A DNA stretch of 64,000 nucleotides, from positions 2,462,777 through 2,526,776 of the forward strand of contig NZ_OZ245754.1 in NCBI RefSeq assembly GCF_965227365.1, written 5' to 3'. Shown one piece after another: positions 19,323 to 29,434 of this stretch. Position 1 is the first letter of the stretch, and each line of letters begins with the position of its first letter. Below the pieces are notes generated by a model, which was not told the origin of the DNA, did not search any database, and worked only from the letters and a program-made list of their open reading frames with translations. Source of the stretch: Hwanghaeella sp. Its GTDB lineage: Bacteria > Pseudomonadota > Alphaproteobacteria > UBA8366 > Aestuariispiraceae. The translations under genes and the position numbers were made by a program.

Positions 19323-22040
19323 CTATTCCGTCCCACGCCACCGCAGGCCGTGACGCAGCCGTTTTTCGATTTCAAGGACCGCGAACAAGGCAAAGCCCAT
19401 GCCGAAGATCATGACGGTCTCTTTCAGGGGCATCGCTTCAGTTTCGAAGACGGCCTGAAGCGGCGGCAGGTACGTCATCGCCGCCTGCGCCAACGTGACC
19501 GTGGCGACGGTTATCCAGACCACATTGGTTGCGCGGAGCGTCCGCCAGCCCAGACGCTCTCCATACATGTTGCGTATGAAGAACAGCTGGAACGCTTCCA
19601 TTACTACCAACGTGTTGACCGCAAGGGTCCGGGCCAGTTCCAGGGAATGCCCCTGTTCGATGGCATAAAAGTAGATCCCGAAAACGCCGATGATGAACAA
19701 TATGGAGACCAGCACGATGTGCCAGGCCAAGTCCCCGGTCAGCAAGGGCTGGTTCCGCGGCCTGGGCCGCCGCAGCATGGTATTGCCCTCGGTCGGGTCG
19801 AAAGCGAGCGCGATCCCGAGTGTCGTAACGGTGATCAGGTTGATCCACAGGATTTGAATGGGCGTCACGGGCAGGGTCATGCCGAGCAACAGGGCGACGA
19901 TGATCGTCATCGCCTCGCCGGTGCTGGTCGGCAGCGTCCAACTGATGACCTTCTTGATATTGTCGTAGACGGTCCGCCCCTCCCGCACCGCCGCAACGAT
20001 GGATGCGAAATTGTCATCCGCGAGGACGAGATCCGCGGCTTCCTTGGCCGCCTCGCTACCCTTCCTGCCCATCGCGATCCCCGCATCGGCCCGCTTCAGG
20101 GCCGGTGCGTCGTTCACGCCATCACCGGTCATGGCGACCGTCATGCCGTGGGATTGCAGCGCCATGACAAGGCGCAGTTTGTCCTCCGGGCTGGTCCGGG
20201 CGAAGACATCGGTTTCCAGCACCGCCGCGGCGAGGGCATCATCGTCCATCCGTTCCAGGTCTGCGCCGGTCAGGACGGCGTCCGGGTGGTCCAGGCCGAT
20301 CTGGCGACCAATGGCCATGGCGGTTCCCTTGTGATCGCCGGTGATCATCTTCACGCCGATCCCGGCCCCGCGGCATTCCGCCACCGCCGCCTTGGACTCG
20401 CTGCGCGGCGGATCGATGAAACCGACAAGGCCGAGCAGTGTCAGCGGGCCTTCCACATCGGCGAATTCCAGCACGGTGTGGGACTGATCCGCATCCCGCA
20501 CGGCGATCGCCAGCACACGTTCCCCCAGCCCGGCGATCGCCTCGGCCTTCTCATGCCAGTAGGCGGCGTCAAGCGATGTCACGCCGCCGTCGACCGTACG
20601 CTGATCGCGACACATCTCCAGGATGCGTTCCGGCGCGCCTTTCACGGAAATCACCGCATGGCCTTCCCGGTCGTGGTGGAGGGTCGCCATGAAGCGATGT
20701 TTCGCGTCGAAAGGAATGGTGTCGGTGCGTTTCCAACTCGCGACCCCCTCGGCCAGATCGAGACCGATCTTGCCGCTGAGGGCGAGCAAGGCACCTTCCA
20801 TCGGGTCGCCCTCGACCGCCCAGTCGCCCTCCCTGTCATGCAGGGAGGCATCGTTGCAGAGCGCCGCGACGCGACCGATTTCCTCCAAGACCAGATGGTC
20901 GGGCCCGTCGACGCTGTCGCCGCGCAGACGAATGGTGCCCTTCGGCTCGTAGCCGTTGCCTTCCAGCAGAAACAGATGCTCCTGCGTGGCGACGGAGGCG
21001 ACCATCATTTCGTTCCGGGTCAGCGTGCCGGTCTTGTCGGTGCAGATCACCGATACCGCCCCCAGCGTCTCGATCGACGGCAGGCGGCGAACAATGGCAT
21101 TGCGCCGGGCCATGGCCTGCACGCCAACCGCCAGCGTGATGGTGAGGACCGCCGGCAGACCTTCCGGAATCGCGGCGACCGAAAGACCGACCACGGCCAT
21201 GAATAGTTCCGCGAAATCCAGGTTGCGAACGAAATGACCGAATAGAAGCAACAGGGCCGCCACGCCCAGGATGACCACGGACAGCCACTGCGCGAAGACG
21301 TTCATCTGCCGGATCAACGGCGTGGTCAGCGTCTCCACCTTCGAGAGCATGCCGCTGATCTGGCCGATTTCCGTCGCACCGCCCGACGCGACGACGACCC
21401 CCCTCGCCAGGCCGCTGGTCACCATGGTGCCGCTGAAGGCCATGCAGGCGCGATCGCCCAGCGCCGCGTCAACGCTCACCGGGTCGACGCTCTTTTCCAC
21501 CGGCACGGATTCGCCGGTCAGAATGGCTTCCTGGATTTTCAGCCCCGCGACTTCCAGCAGGCGCATATCCGCGGGCACCTTGGCCCCCGCCTCCAGCAGC
21601 ACGACATCGCCCGGAACGAGTTTCTCGCCTTCCACGGTCTGACGCCGGCCATCGCGTATGACGGAAGCTTGCAGGGCCAACATGCGACGGATGGCATCCA
21701 TCGCCTTTTCCGCCTTGCCTTCCTGAATGACGCCGATCACCGCATTGGCGAGCACAACCGCCAGGATGACCCCCATATCGACGAAATGGCCGAGAATGGC
21801 GGTGATCGCGGCGGATCCCAGCAACACGTAGATCAGAACGTTATGGAACTGCAGCAGCAGCCGGACCAGCAGACCGCGTTTCGCCGCTTCTGGCAGGCGG
21901 TTCAAGCCATAGGTATCAAGGCGCCGGGCCGCCTCGGCGGATGACAAGCCGCCCGAACCGACGCCAAAGCGCTCCAACGCCGCCAGAGCGTTCTCCGCAT
22001 GCCACGCTTGCAGGTCATCGCTCTCGATCGGTCCTGACAT
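19323..22040 (-). CDS. cation-translocating P-type ATPase (P2/P3-like, Ca2+/Mg2+ type)
   Basis: 905 aa. Motifs TGES, PEGLP, ICTDKTGTLT and MTGDGVNDAPAL. Confidence 0.93.
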   Translation of the reverse strand: MSGPIESDDLQAWHAENALAALERFGVGSGGLSSAEAARRLDTYGLNRLPEAAKRGLLVRLLLQFHNVLIYVLLGSAAITAILGHFVDMGVILAVVLANAVIGVIQEGKAEKAMDAIRRMLALQASVIRDGRRQTVEGEKLVPGDVVLLEAGAKVPADMRLLEVAGLKIQEAILTGESVPVEKSVDPVSVDAALGDRACMAFSGTMVTSGLARGVVVASGGATEIGQISGMLSKVETLTTPLIRQMNVFAQWLSVVILGVAALLLLFGHFVRNLDFAELFMAVVGLSVAAIPEGLPAVLTITLAVGVQAMARRNAIVRRLPSIETLGAVSVICTDKTGTLTRNEMMVASVATQEHLFLLEGNGYEPKGTIRLRGDSVDGPDHLVLEEIGRVAALCNDASLHDREGDWAVEGDPMEGALLALSGKIGLDLAEGVASWKRTDTIPFDAKHRFMATLHHDREGHAVISVKGAPERILEMCRDQRTVDGGVTSLDAAYWHEKAEAIAGLGERVLAIAVRDADQSHTVLEFADVEGPLTLLGLVGFIDPPRSESKAAVAECRGAGIGVKMITGDHKGTAMAIGRQIGLDHPDAVLTGADLERMDDDALAAAVLETDVFARTSPEDKLRLVMALQSHGMTVAMTGDGVNDAPALKRADAGIAMGRKGSEAAKEAADLVLADDNFASIVAAVREGRTVYDNIKKVISWTLPTSTGEAMTIIVALLLGMTLPVTPIQILWINLITVTTLGIALAFDPTEGNTMLRRPRPRNQPLLTGDLAWHIVLVSILFIIGVFGIYFYAIEQGHSLELARTLAVNTLVVMEAFQLFFIRNMYGERLGWRTLRATNVVWITVATVTLAQAAMTYLPPLQAVFETEAMPLKETVMIFGMGFALFAVLEIEKRLRHGLRWRGTE

Positions 22041-22159
22041 CCGGCGTCCCTCAGGTAAAAATCCATGCCGGCTTCAGCCCGCCAGGGCCGTACCGCGCCG
22101 GTATGCTGTATCCTGCAAAACCGCACGGCAAGTAGTGTCTTATGAAGATTTACCGCGCC

Positions 22160-22465
22160 CTACTCACCAATCTCCATATCCAGGATGGTGGAGCCCAAAG
22201 CCTTGCCATGGGCATCCAGCGCGAGCGAGCGGGTGACCCCGCCGGCAAGTGCGCCGCGCAGCACGAAATTTAGGGCGTGAAGCTGCGGCAGTTCATAGCG
22301 AACCACGTCTCCGCCCATGACGGGCCCGAAATGCGCGGCCACGCGTTCAGCCGTCACCTCACTCAAGATCAGGGGCCAATCCTCGGCACGATAGGCGATG
22401 ACGGAGATATTACATGTATCCCCCTTGTCGCCGGTGCGGGAATGAGCAATGTCGCGCAACTGCAT
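22160..22465 (-). CDS. AtuA-like ferredoxin-fold domain protein (DUF4387-like), partner of DUF1446
   Basis: 101 aa with motif SRTGDKGDTCNISVIAY...LNFVLRGALAGGVTRSL. 1-bp gap to the upstream DUF1446 gene. Confidence 0.7.
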   Translation of the reverse strand: MQLRDIAHSRTGDKGDTCNISVIAYRAEDWPLILSEVTAERVAAHFGPVMGGDVVRYELPQLHALNFVLRGALAGGVTRSLALDAHGKALGSTILDMEIGE

Positions 22466-22466
22466 C

Positions 22467-23801
22467 TCAGCTCTCCAACATCGTCACTGTCTGGGAGACC
22501 AGCGTCTCCGGAATAAAGGTCGAGGCGATGGCGACGACTTCCCGCGCCTGTTTGGTGACCCCGCCCCCGCCGTAAGGACCGTTGAGATAGAGGCTTTCCA
22601 CCTCCTCCCCGATCCTCTGCGCATCCTCGCGGCTTTCGCAGCGGGCGGCGAACCGCACCCGGACCTCGCGCGGCGGGGCCTGGGAGACATTGCCCGGCAG
22701 CACGGAATTCACGCCGATCAACTCACCGCGGCTTTCCAGCACCTTCGGACCCAGCGCCGCCAGCCTCTGCTCGACAAGGTCGATCGCGAGGCGTCCCCGT
22801 TCCTCCGCCGCCGGTCCGGCATAGGAGATCTGCCCCTCGCCGATCCAGCCGTCCACATATCCGACAGAGACTTTCAGCAGGCCCGTCCGCTTAGCGCCCG
22901 CGGCCCCGTCTATGACGACGCGGTCCGGACCGTCATGGGTGAACGTCACTTTCGAGAAATCCGCCACCACATCGGGCTGGAAATAGGTGGAGGGATCGTG
23001 AACTTCGTAGAGCAGTTGTTCCGTACAGGTCGCGGTCGACACCACGCCGCCGCTGCCCGCCACCTTCGTGATCACCGCGCCGCCATCCGCCCGCACCTCG
23101 GCGAGCGGATAACCGATATGCAGCATATCCGGCACATCCTTGACCCCGGGATCAGCGAAATAACCGCCGGTCACCTGGGCGGCGCATTCCAGCAAATGTC
23201 CGACCAGGGTACCACGCCCGAGGGCGGACCAATCGTCACGCGCCCAACCGAATTCATGTACCAGCGGTGCAAGGAAAAGCACGGGGTCGGCGGCGCGGCC
23301 CGTGATGACGATATCGGCGCCCTGTTCCAGTGCATCCACGATCCCCTCGATCCCGGTATAGGCATTGGCCGACACCAGCTTGTTGCCGAGTTCGGAAACC
23401 GGCCGGCCATCACCGTCCAGGCGGTAATCCCCCTGCAGGATCAGGTCGAGGACGTCATCGCCCGTGACCGCGGCGATCCGCAGCCCTTTCAATCCCATCT
23501 CCCTGGCGACGCGTTGGGCCGCCTCGGCCGCGGCCTTCGGATTGGCGGCCCCCATATTGGTGATGATTTTCGTGCCCTTCGCCCGCGCCGCCGGCAGCAC
23601 GGCCTTCAGGCGCCGGACGAGCATTCCGTCATAACCAGCTGACGGATCGTGCATTTTTTCTTGCTGAGCAAGTGCGATCGTACGCTCTGCAAGGCATTCG
23701 AATGCGAGGTAATCCAGTTCGCCCTTTTCCGCCAATTCGACGGCCGGTTCTATCCTGTCCCCCGCGAAACCGGCACCCGATCCGATCCTTACTGTCTTCA
23801 T
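22467..23801 (-). CDS. acyclic-terpene-utilisation AtuA family protein (DUF1446)
   Basis: 444 aa. N-terminus VRIGSGAGFAGDRIEPAVELAEKGELDYLAFECLAERT is typical of DUF1446. Confidence 0.78.
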   Translation of the reverse strand: MKTVRIGSGAGFAGDRIEPAVELAEKGELDYLAFECLAERTIALAQQEKMHDPSAGYDGMLVRRLKAVLPAARAKGTKIITNMGAANPKAAAEAAQRVAREMGLKGLRIAAVTGDDVLDLILQGDYRLDGDGRPVSELGNKLVSANAYTGIEGIVDALEQGADIVITGRAADPVLFLAPLVHEFGWARDDWSALGRGTLVGHLLECAAQVTGGYFADPGVKDVPDMLHIGYPLAEVRADGGAVITKVAGSGGVVSTATCTEQLLYEVHDPSTYFQPDVVADFSKVTFTHDGPDRVVIDGAAGAKRTGLLKVSVGYVDGWIGEGQISYAGPAAEERGRLAIDLVEQRLAALGPKVLESRGELIGVNSVLPGNVSQAPPREVRVRFAARCESREDAQRIGEEVESLYLNGPYGGGGVTKQAREVVAIASTFIPETLVSQTVTMLES

Positions 23802-25654
23802 TGCAACACTTCCCTACGTCGACGCCCGATTAGAGTTCCACCGATCAGGATCGCGCCAGCCAGGAACGGTCCCATGGGATTCGGCCATATGGCCACCGCG
23901 ATGGCCGCGCCGTACAACCCCATATCCACCAACCGCACGCCGCTGAACCGCGTGCCCGAAAGCAGTCCCGGCACGGAGACCACCAGAACCAGTCCCGATA
24001 TCACCGCCTCAAAAATTGAGAGCACACCGCCGCGCATGGTCATGCCCGGATACAGAAGAAGCGTGAACGGCACGATATAGGTCACCGCCCCCAACCGTAC
24101 CGCTTCGATCGCGGCGGGCAACCAATCCGTTCTGGCGATACCGGCGCCGACGAATACCGCAACGCAGACGGGCGGCGTGATGACGGAGATGGTGGCGAAA
24201 TAAAAGACGAATAGATGCGCAGCCAGCGGATCGACCCCGACCGCGGTCATCGCCGGCGCCAGAACGGCCGCGACCAGAACATAGGCGGCCGTCGTCGGTA
24301 ACCCCATTCCCATCACCAGGCAGACAAGCCCGACGATCAGGGAGACCAGAATGACGGAATCGCCCGCCAGCGTGACGATCAGGGACGACAGCGTGACGCC
24401 GATCCCGGTCATGTTGATCATGGAGACAAGGATCTGCGCCCCACCCAGCAACACACCGATGATCACCATGCCGCGGCCCGCATCGGCCAATCCGTCCACC
24501 ACCATCCTGATCAATTCACGCGTCGGGGTCTGCCCGACACGCACCAGAACGAAAGCCAGCAGCAGGCCGCATATACCGTAGAAGGCCGCGGTTGAAATCG
24601 ATCTGCCGAGCCAGATCCCGATGCCGAGCCCGCCGAGAGCACAAAGCACCGGCAGGACCCGGCGCGGCTTCACAATTTCGGCCCAGGGCGGCAGTTCATC
24701 GTCCGGCACGACGGCCAGGGATCGGCGCAAGGCGAGCATATGCACGGTAACGAAGACGGAGACATAGAACAGCACCGCCGGAATGATCGCCGCCAGGATG
24801 ATGGTGAGATAGGAGACACCCAGAATTTCAGCCATTACGAAGGCGGCCGCCCCCATGATCGGCGGTGCGATCTGGCCGCCGGTCGAGGCGACGGCTTCGA
24901 CCGCCGCGGCCAGCGGGGCCGGATAGCCAAGCCTTTTCATCATCGGGATGGTGAAATTACCCGTCGTCGCCACATTGGCGACGGCGGAGCCGGAGATCAT
25001 ACCGAACAGGCCGCTGGCAATCGTCGCGATCTTGGCGGCCCCGCCCGGCTGTCGACCGCCGAGGCGCATGGCGAGGTCCATGAAGGCCTGCCCGCCGCCG
25101 GTATGCAACAGCAGAGCCCCAAACAGGACGAAGGCGGCGATCACCGTGGCGGCGACGCCGGTCAGCATGCCCCAGACACCCAGGTCGCCCAGAAAGATCG
25201 TCTCCGTCACAAAGGCTATATCGAAACCGCGATGCTGCAGCGGACCGGGCAGATGGTTGCCGAACAGCGCGTAAGCGATTCCCGCCGACACCAGGATCGG
25301 AAAGATCGGTCCGACGGTCCGGCGGCCCAATTCGAGCAGCGCGACCACCAGTCCCGCCGTGAGGGCGATGTCCACCGTCTCCGCCCAGGGCAGGGTCGTC
25401 ATGATCCTGTCGTAATGCACAACGATATAGGCGCAGGCTGCCACGGAGGCGCCGGTCAATAGGAGGTCGACCGCCGCGCCGACCGGCCGCCACTTCCTGC
25501 CCTTGCCCAAGGGATACAGCGTGAAACCCAGCGCCGTCACCAGGGCGAGGAAAACGGCGCGTTGGATCAGGCCTTCAAAGGGGCCGGTTGCCGCCGTGTA
25601 GAAGACGAAACAACCGACCAGGACGGCCAAGCCCTGCTGTACTCGCTCAAACAT
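23798..25654 (-). CDS. TRAP transporter fused permease (TAXI-type, DctQM-like fusion)
   Basis: 618 aa polytopic membrane protein. 4-bp overlap with the DUF1446 gene. Directly downstream of a TAXI binding protein. Confidence 0.83.
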   Translation of the reverse strand: MFERVQQGLAVLVGCFVFYTAATGPFEGLIQRAVFLALVTALGFTLYPLGKGRKWRPVGAAVDLLLTGASVAACAYIVVHYDRIMTTLPWAETVDIALTAGLVVALLELGRRTVGPIFPILVSAGIAYALFGNHLPGPLQHRGFDIAFVTETIFLGDLGVWGMLTGVAATVIAAFVLFGALLLHTGGGQAFMDLAMRLGGRQPGGAAKIATIASGLFGMISGSAVANVATTGNFTIPMMKRLGYPAPLAAAVEAVASTGGQIAPPIMGAAAFVMAEILGVSYLTIILAAIIPAVLFYVSVFVTVHMLALRRSLAVVPDDELPPWAEIVKPRRVLPVLCALGGLGIGIWLGRSISTAAFYGICGLLLAFVLVRVGQTPTRELIRMVVDGLADAGRGMVIIGVLLGGAQILVSMINMTGIGVTLSSLIVTLAGDSVILVSLIVGLVCLVMGMGLPTTAAYVLVAAVLAPAMTAVGVDPLAAHLFVFYFATISVITPPVCVAVFVGAGIARTDWLPAAIEAVRLGAVTYIVPFTLLLYPGMTMRGGVLSIFEAVISGLVLVVSVPGLLSGTRFSGVRLVDMGLYGAAIAVAIWPNPMGPFLAGAILIGGTLIGRRRREVLQ

Positions 25655-25676
25655 GATCTCAGCCGTCCCGTCCGGA

Positions 25677-26648
25677 TCAATTGGCTGGTTTCAGCTTGGC
25701 CGGCAATTCATAGCCGTTCTCGGTGAACCATTTCGCGGCCCCCGGATGCAGCGGCACCGTCCCGTATTGCAGGGTCAGCTCCGCGAGGTTCACGCCCTTC
25801 ACGCTGGCCATGGCGTTCCCCTGAACGGAGGTGTCCTCCATGATCGCCTTCACGATCTTGTAGGCATCCTCTTCGGACATTTCCGGCCCGGCGGCGACAC
25901 CGACGCCGAAGCTCCAGGTCTTGTAGGCGGGAATGCCGTCCGCCGCGCCGGCCGGAATGTCGACGACGGAAATGTCCGGCATCTCGGCAATCAGCTTATC
26001 GGCCTGGGCATCGCTCAATCCCAGGATCCGGATCGGCGTTTGGGTCGCGATGTCCATGGTCGATGAATCGAGCTTCAGACCCGCGCCGGACTTCACATAG
26101 CCCGCAACGCGATTGTCCTTGATGGCGCTGACGATATCGGTGGTCGACCCGCGGACATAGTCCGCCGAAAGGCCGAGCGTCGAGAAGACGGCTTCAGTCG
26201 TCGCTTCGGTCGCGGAGCCTTTGATCCCCGGATTGAACCGTACACCGTTCAACCCCTCCAGGTTTTCAACCGACGCGTCCGCGCGGGTCACGACATTCTG
26301 CGGCGCCCCCGTATAGACCCAAAGCAGGGAGAGATTCTGCGGCCTGCCATCGAACTTTTTCGTCCCGGAAACGGCGTGTTGCACAACATTCGTGGTCACC
26401 AGGCCGAGGTCGACCTGTCCGCGTTCCATGCGGCGGATATTGTCCAGCGTCGCGCCGGTCTCGACGACGGTCGAGCTCAAGCCATCAGCCTTATCGTTGA
26501 TCAACTGGCCGACGGCGACGAAGTAGCCGTAATGGCTGGACGATGCCGAGGTAGAGCCGATCAACAGATTCTTGTCCGCTGCAAACGCGGTGCCGGCAAC
26601 AGAAAATGCCACGGTGGCGCCGAACAGCGCCCGGGTAATTGAATTCAT
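25677..26648 (-). CDS. TAXI-family TRAP transporter solute-binding protein
   Basis: 323 aa with a signal peptide (AFSVAGTAFA) and a TAXI-like body. Confidence 0.8.
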   Translation of the reverse strand: MNSITRALFGATVAFSVAGTAFAADKNLLIGSTSASSSHYGYFVAVGQLINDKADGLSSTVVETGATLDNIRRMERGQVDLGLVTTNVVQHAVSGTKKFDGRPQNLSLLWVYTGAPQNVVTRADASVENLEGLNGVRFNPGIKGSATEATTEAVFSTLGLSADYVRGSTTDIVSAIKDNRVAGYVKSGAGLKLDSSTMDIATQTPIRILGLSDAQADKLIAEMPDISVVDIPAGAADGIPAYKTWSFGVGVAAGPEMSEEDAYKIVKAIMEDTSVQGNAMASVKGVNLAELTLQYGTVPLHPGAAKWFTENGYELPAKLKPAN

Positions 26649-26747
26649 GATTTCCTCCCATATTCGACCTGTAATCCAGGTTCACACGAAACGATATCCT
26701 TGAAAGTTTATTGCGTGAGTTTCGATTTATTTTATAATTGTTGCGTT

Positions 26748-27707
26748 ATGCGCAATTATCCTGATCTACGCGACTGCCAGGCTTTCATGGCCGTCTTCCG
26801 CCATGGATCGTTTCGCCGGGCAGCGGAAGAAATCGGCCTGTCCCCTTCGGCACTGTCACGTCAAATCGTGGGGTTGGAGGAGAGCGTCGGCGCGCGCCTG
26901 TTCAACCGGGACACGCGCAACGTATCACCGACCGACCAGGGAGTGGCTTTCGCGACAATGGCAGAGCGGATGCTGAATGTCGCCGATCTGGAAATGACCG
27001 ATTTCCGCGACTATCTCGCCGCCCGAAACGGCAGGCTTGTCATCGCCGGCCTGCCGTCCGTCACGGCCGGCCTGCTGCCGCGCCTGCTGACCCGGTTCAA
27101 GGCGGCGCATCCCAAGGTCGACGTGGTCGTCCTGGACGCCTTGTCGGACAGCGTCCTCCATGCCGTTGAAAACGGAGAGGCGGATATCGGCTTTACCGCC
27201 GCCACGGTGAGCCCGCGCGGTCGGCTATCCTTCCTGCGCTTGATGGAGGACCGGTTCATCGCCATCGGCACACCGGACAGCGCCCTGTCAGAAGCCCGCC
27301 CCTATTCCTGGCAGGAGATCGTGGAGATGCCCTTCATCGCGATGGCGAAGGGCACCAGCGTCCGCGAGTTGGTCGACTGGGCCTGCCAGCGGATCGGTCA
27401 TCCGCTGGAACCGCAATACGAGGTGTCCCATTTGGCTACCGCTGGTGCGCTCGTCAGCGAGGGTCTGGGCGTCACCGCTTTGCCCGAACTCACGCTTCCC
27501 GTTCTGGGGAACTGGAACCTCGTTCAACGACCGATCTCGGATTTCGGAACCGAGCGGCGGATCGGCCTGATTTGGCGTGCCGGACAGATTCTCTCCCCCA
27601 GCGCCGGCGCCTTCTTGAACATGGTCCGCGGCAACATGACCGACGGGCCGGCCCAGCCGCATGGCGGCCAGCCTTCCCGCACCGATGCGGAAACCCTCAA
27701 TCCCTGA
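26748..27707 (+). CDS. LysR family transcriptional regulator
   Basis: ATG 26748 (MRNYPDLRDCQAFMAVFRHGSFRRAAEEIGLSPSALSRQI). Divergent from the TAXI-TRAP/AtuA operon. Confidence 0.85.
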   Translation: MRNYPDLRDCQAFMAVFRHGSFRRAAEEIGLSPSALSRQIVGLEESVGARLFNRDTRNVSPTDQGVAFATMAERMLNVADLEMTDFRDYLAARNGRLVIAGLPSVTAGLLPRLLTRFKAAHPKVDVVVLDALSDSVLHAVENGEADIGFTAATVSPRGRLSFLRLMEDRFIAIGTPDSALSEARPYSWQEIVEMPFIAMAKGTSVRELVDWACQRIGHPLEPQYEVSHLATAGALVSEGLGVTALPELTLPVLGNWNLVQRPISDFGTERRIGLIWRAGQILSPSAGAFLNMVRGNMTDGPAQPHGGQPSRTDAETLNP

Positions 27708-27761
27708 CTGGCGCCGGACGCGGCAGCGTCGCCGGAATGCAGGATGGAGGGTTAAACGCCC

Positions 27762-29177
27762 TCACAGAAACTCGAGCATCTCTTCGCGTTCTTCCGCATA
27801 CACCGTATAGAAGCTGCGCTCCCATTCCTTCATCTTGAAGTCCAGATAGATATCGCGGAACTCGGCGCCGAACGTCTCGGCGACCAGCGGGTCGATCTCG
27901 AACCCTTCCAGTGCCTCCAGCAACGTGCGCGGCAAACGGCGGATGGCCCCCCCCTTCACCTTGTGAACGCCCTTGGCCGACGCCTTGCCCAGGCTTTGAT
28001 AAAGGTTCTGGTTGAACGGTCTGCCCGGATCGGCGTTCTTGGCGATGCCCTCCAGGCCGGCGCTCAGGGACAAGGCGGCGGAAAGATGGAAATTGGCCGA
28101 CATGTCCGGTGCGCGGTTCTCGATACAGGGGCGGCTCATCGGCAGGCGCAGCATGGCGGACCGGTTATTGTCGCCGTAACAGCGCAGCACCGGCGCCCAG
28201 CTCATGTCCGGCATGGCGCCCTGAGCCAGCAATCCCTTGTATGAGTTATGCGTCGGACAGGTAATCGCCGACAGCGCTTGGGCATGATCCAACAGCCCCG
28301 CCACGAAATGATATCCCAGATCCGGGAAAGCGATACCGTGCTTTTCCGCCAGCGCGCCCGTCCCCATCGCGTCACGATCGAACAGGTTCACGCCGGTCTC
28401 GGCATCGGCCAGCGACATATTGAAATGCGCGCCCGATCGGAAGTCGGTGGAGAACGGCTTTGGCATGAAGGAGGCCACCAATCCCATCTGGGATGCGATC
28501 GACTTTGCCATCAAGCGGAAGAAGGTGACGCGATCGGCCATGGTCAATGCATCGGCATAGTCGAAATCGGTTTCGAACTGGCCGTGCCCGCCTTCCGCGT
28601 CGAAGGAATAGACGCCCCAGCCCAGTTCGTTCATTGCGGTCACCAGCGGGTCCAGGAACACCGACCCCAGAACCGTCTGGTTGACGTCATAGGCCGGGCA
28701 AGGCCCTTTGAACCGTCGTTCCTGAACAGGTTCGATGCCGTCTTCCGTTTTGCGATAGACGTAGAACTCCGTCTCGACGCCGAGGTTGAAGACGTAGCCC
28801 TGCTTCGCGGCTTCCGCGACCGCCTTTTTCAGAATGGTACGGGAACAGTTCGCATAGGGCTCTCCGTGATAGTAAAGGTCGGCCGCAAACCAGGCGAAGC
28901 GCTTGTCCCAAGGCAGAACGGTCATGGAGCTCAAATCCGGGACGGCCGCGCATTCGTCCTGCTCGGGACCGACCAGACCCATCCCATCCATCGCCCCCAC
29001 GGTGAACAGTTCGGAGCCCTTGGCCATTTTTTCGAACCGGTCGATCGGAACCGTCTTGGCCTTCGGCACGCCGTTCACGTCGACATAGGCGGCGAAGCAG
29101 TATTTGACCCCCAACTCCTCCAGTTTCCGCTTCGTTTCGGCAATCAAGGCCGGGTCATTCACACTCGCTTCGCTCAT
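27762..29177 (-). CDS. glutamine synthetase family protein (GlnT / gamma-glutamyl-amine ligase-like)
   Basis: 471 aa with GS catalytic-domain pattern (GVETEFYV, GHGQFE, SFMPKP, NRSAMLRLP). Confidence 0.85.
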   Translation of the reverse strand: MSEASVNDPALIAETKRKLEELGVKYCFAAYVDVNGVPKAKTVPIDRFEKMAKGSELFTVGAMDGMGLVGPEQDECAAVPDLSSMTVLPWDKRFAWFAADLYYHGEPYANCSRTILKKAVAEAAKQGYVFNLGVETEFYVYRKTEDGIEPVQERRFKGPCPAYDVNQTVLGSVFLDPLVTAMNELGWGVYSFDAEGGHGQFETDFDYADALTMADRVTFFRLMAKSIASQMGLVASFMPKPFSTDFRSGAHFNMSLADAETGVNLFDRDAMGTGALAEKHGIAFPDLGYHFVAGLLDHAQALSAITCPTHNSYKGLLAQGAMPDMSWAPVLRCYGDNNRSAMLRLPMSRPCIENRAPDMSANFHLSAALSLSAGLEGIAKNADPGRPFNQNLYQSLGKASAKGVHKVKGGAIRRLPRTLLEALEGFEIDPLVAETFGAEFRDIYLDFKMKEWERSFYTVYAEEREEMLEFL

Positions 29178-29221
29178 TTGGCACCCCCAAAAACAGGTTC
29201 AATGGATTTGGGGAAGTTTCA

Positions 29222-29236
29222 GCAAAAAGAGGGCCA
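29222..29236 (-). promoter_or_regulatory. sigma-54 (-24/-12) promoter candidate for the GS-like gene
   Basis: Minus strand reads TGGCCC-tcttt-TTGCT with canonical GG-N10-GC spacing, about 45 nt upstream of ATG 29177. Confidence 0.55.
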
Positions 29237-29280
29237 TTGCCGCGCCTCAGCGCCGAATAGAAGCCAAGCCGTTGATTTCT

Positions 29281-29307
29281 GTAGGCCGGCACATTGATCC
29301 GGACTAC
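29281..29307. promoter_or_regulatory. inverted repeat GTAGGCCGG-N9-CCGGaCTAC (candidate activator site between the divergent sigma-54 promoters)
   Basis: 9-bp arms with 1 mismatch. A related TAGGC-N5-GCCTA lies at 29378-29392. An AT-rich, IHF-like tract lies between them. Confidence 0.25.
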
Positions 29308-29434
29308 CCGGGTAAATGTCCATTTTTTAATCATGCCTATTTTTTGACCATTCGAAAAAATGAATCAGTTCAAAGTTTAGGCAGAACGCCTACCCTCAAC
29401 CGAAAAAACCGAACAAATTCAAACAGAACCGGGC

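Noticed and set aside
18966-21206. 746-aa ORF on the plus strand
   Set aside because: It is antisense to the P-type ATPase, which carries DKTGTLT and TGDGVNDAPAL motifs. High-GC shadow ORF.
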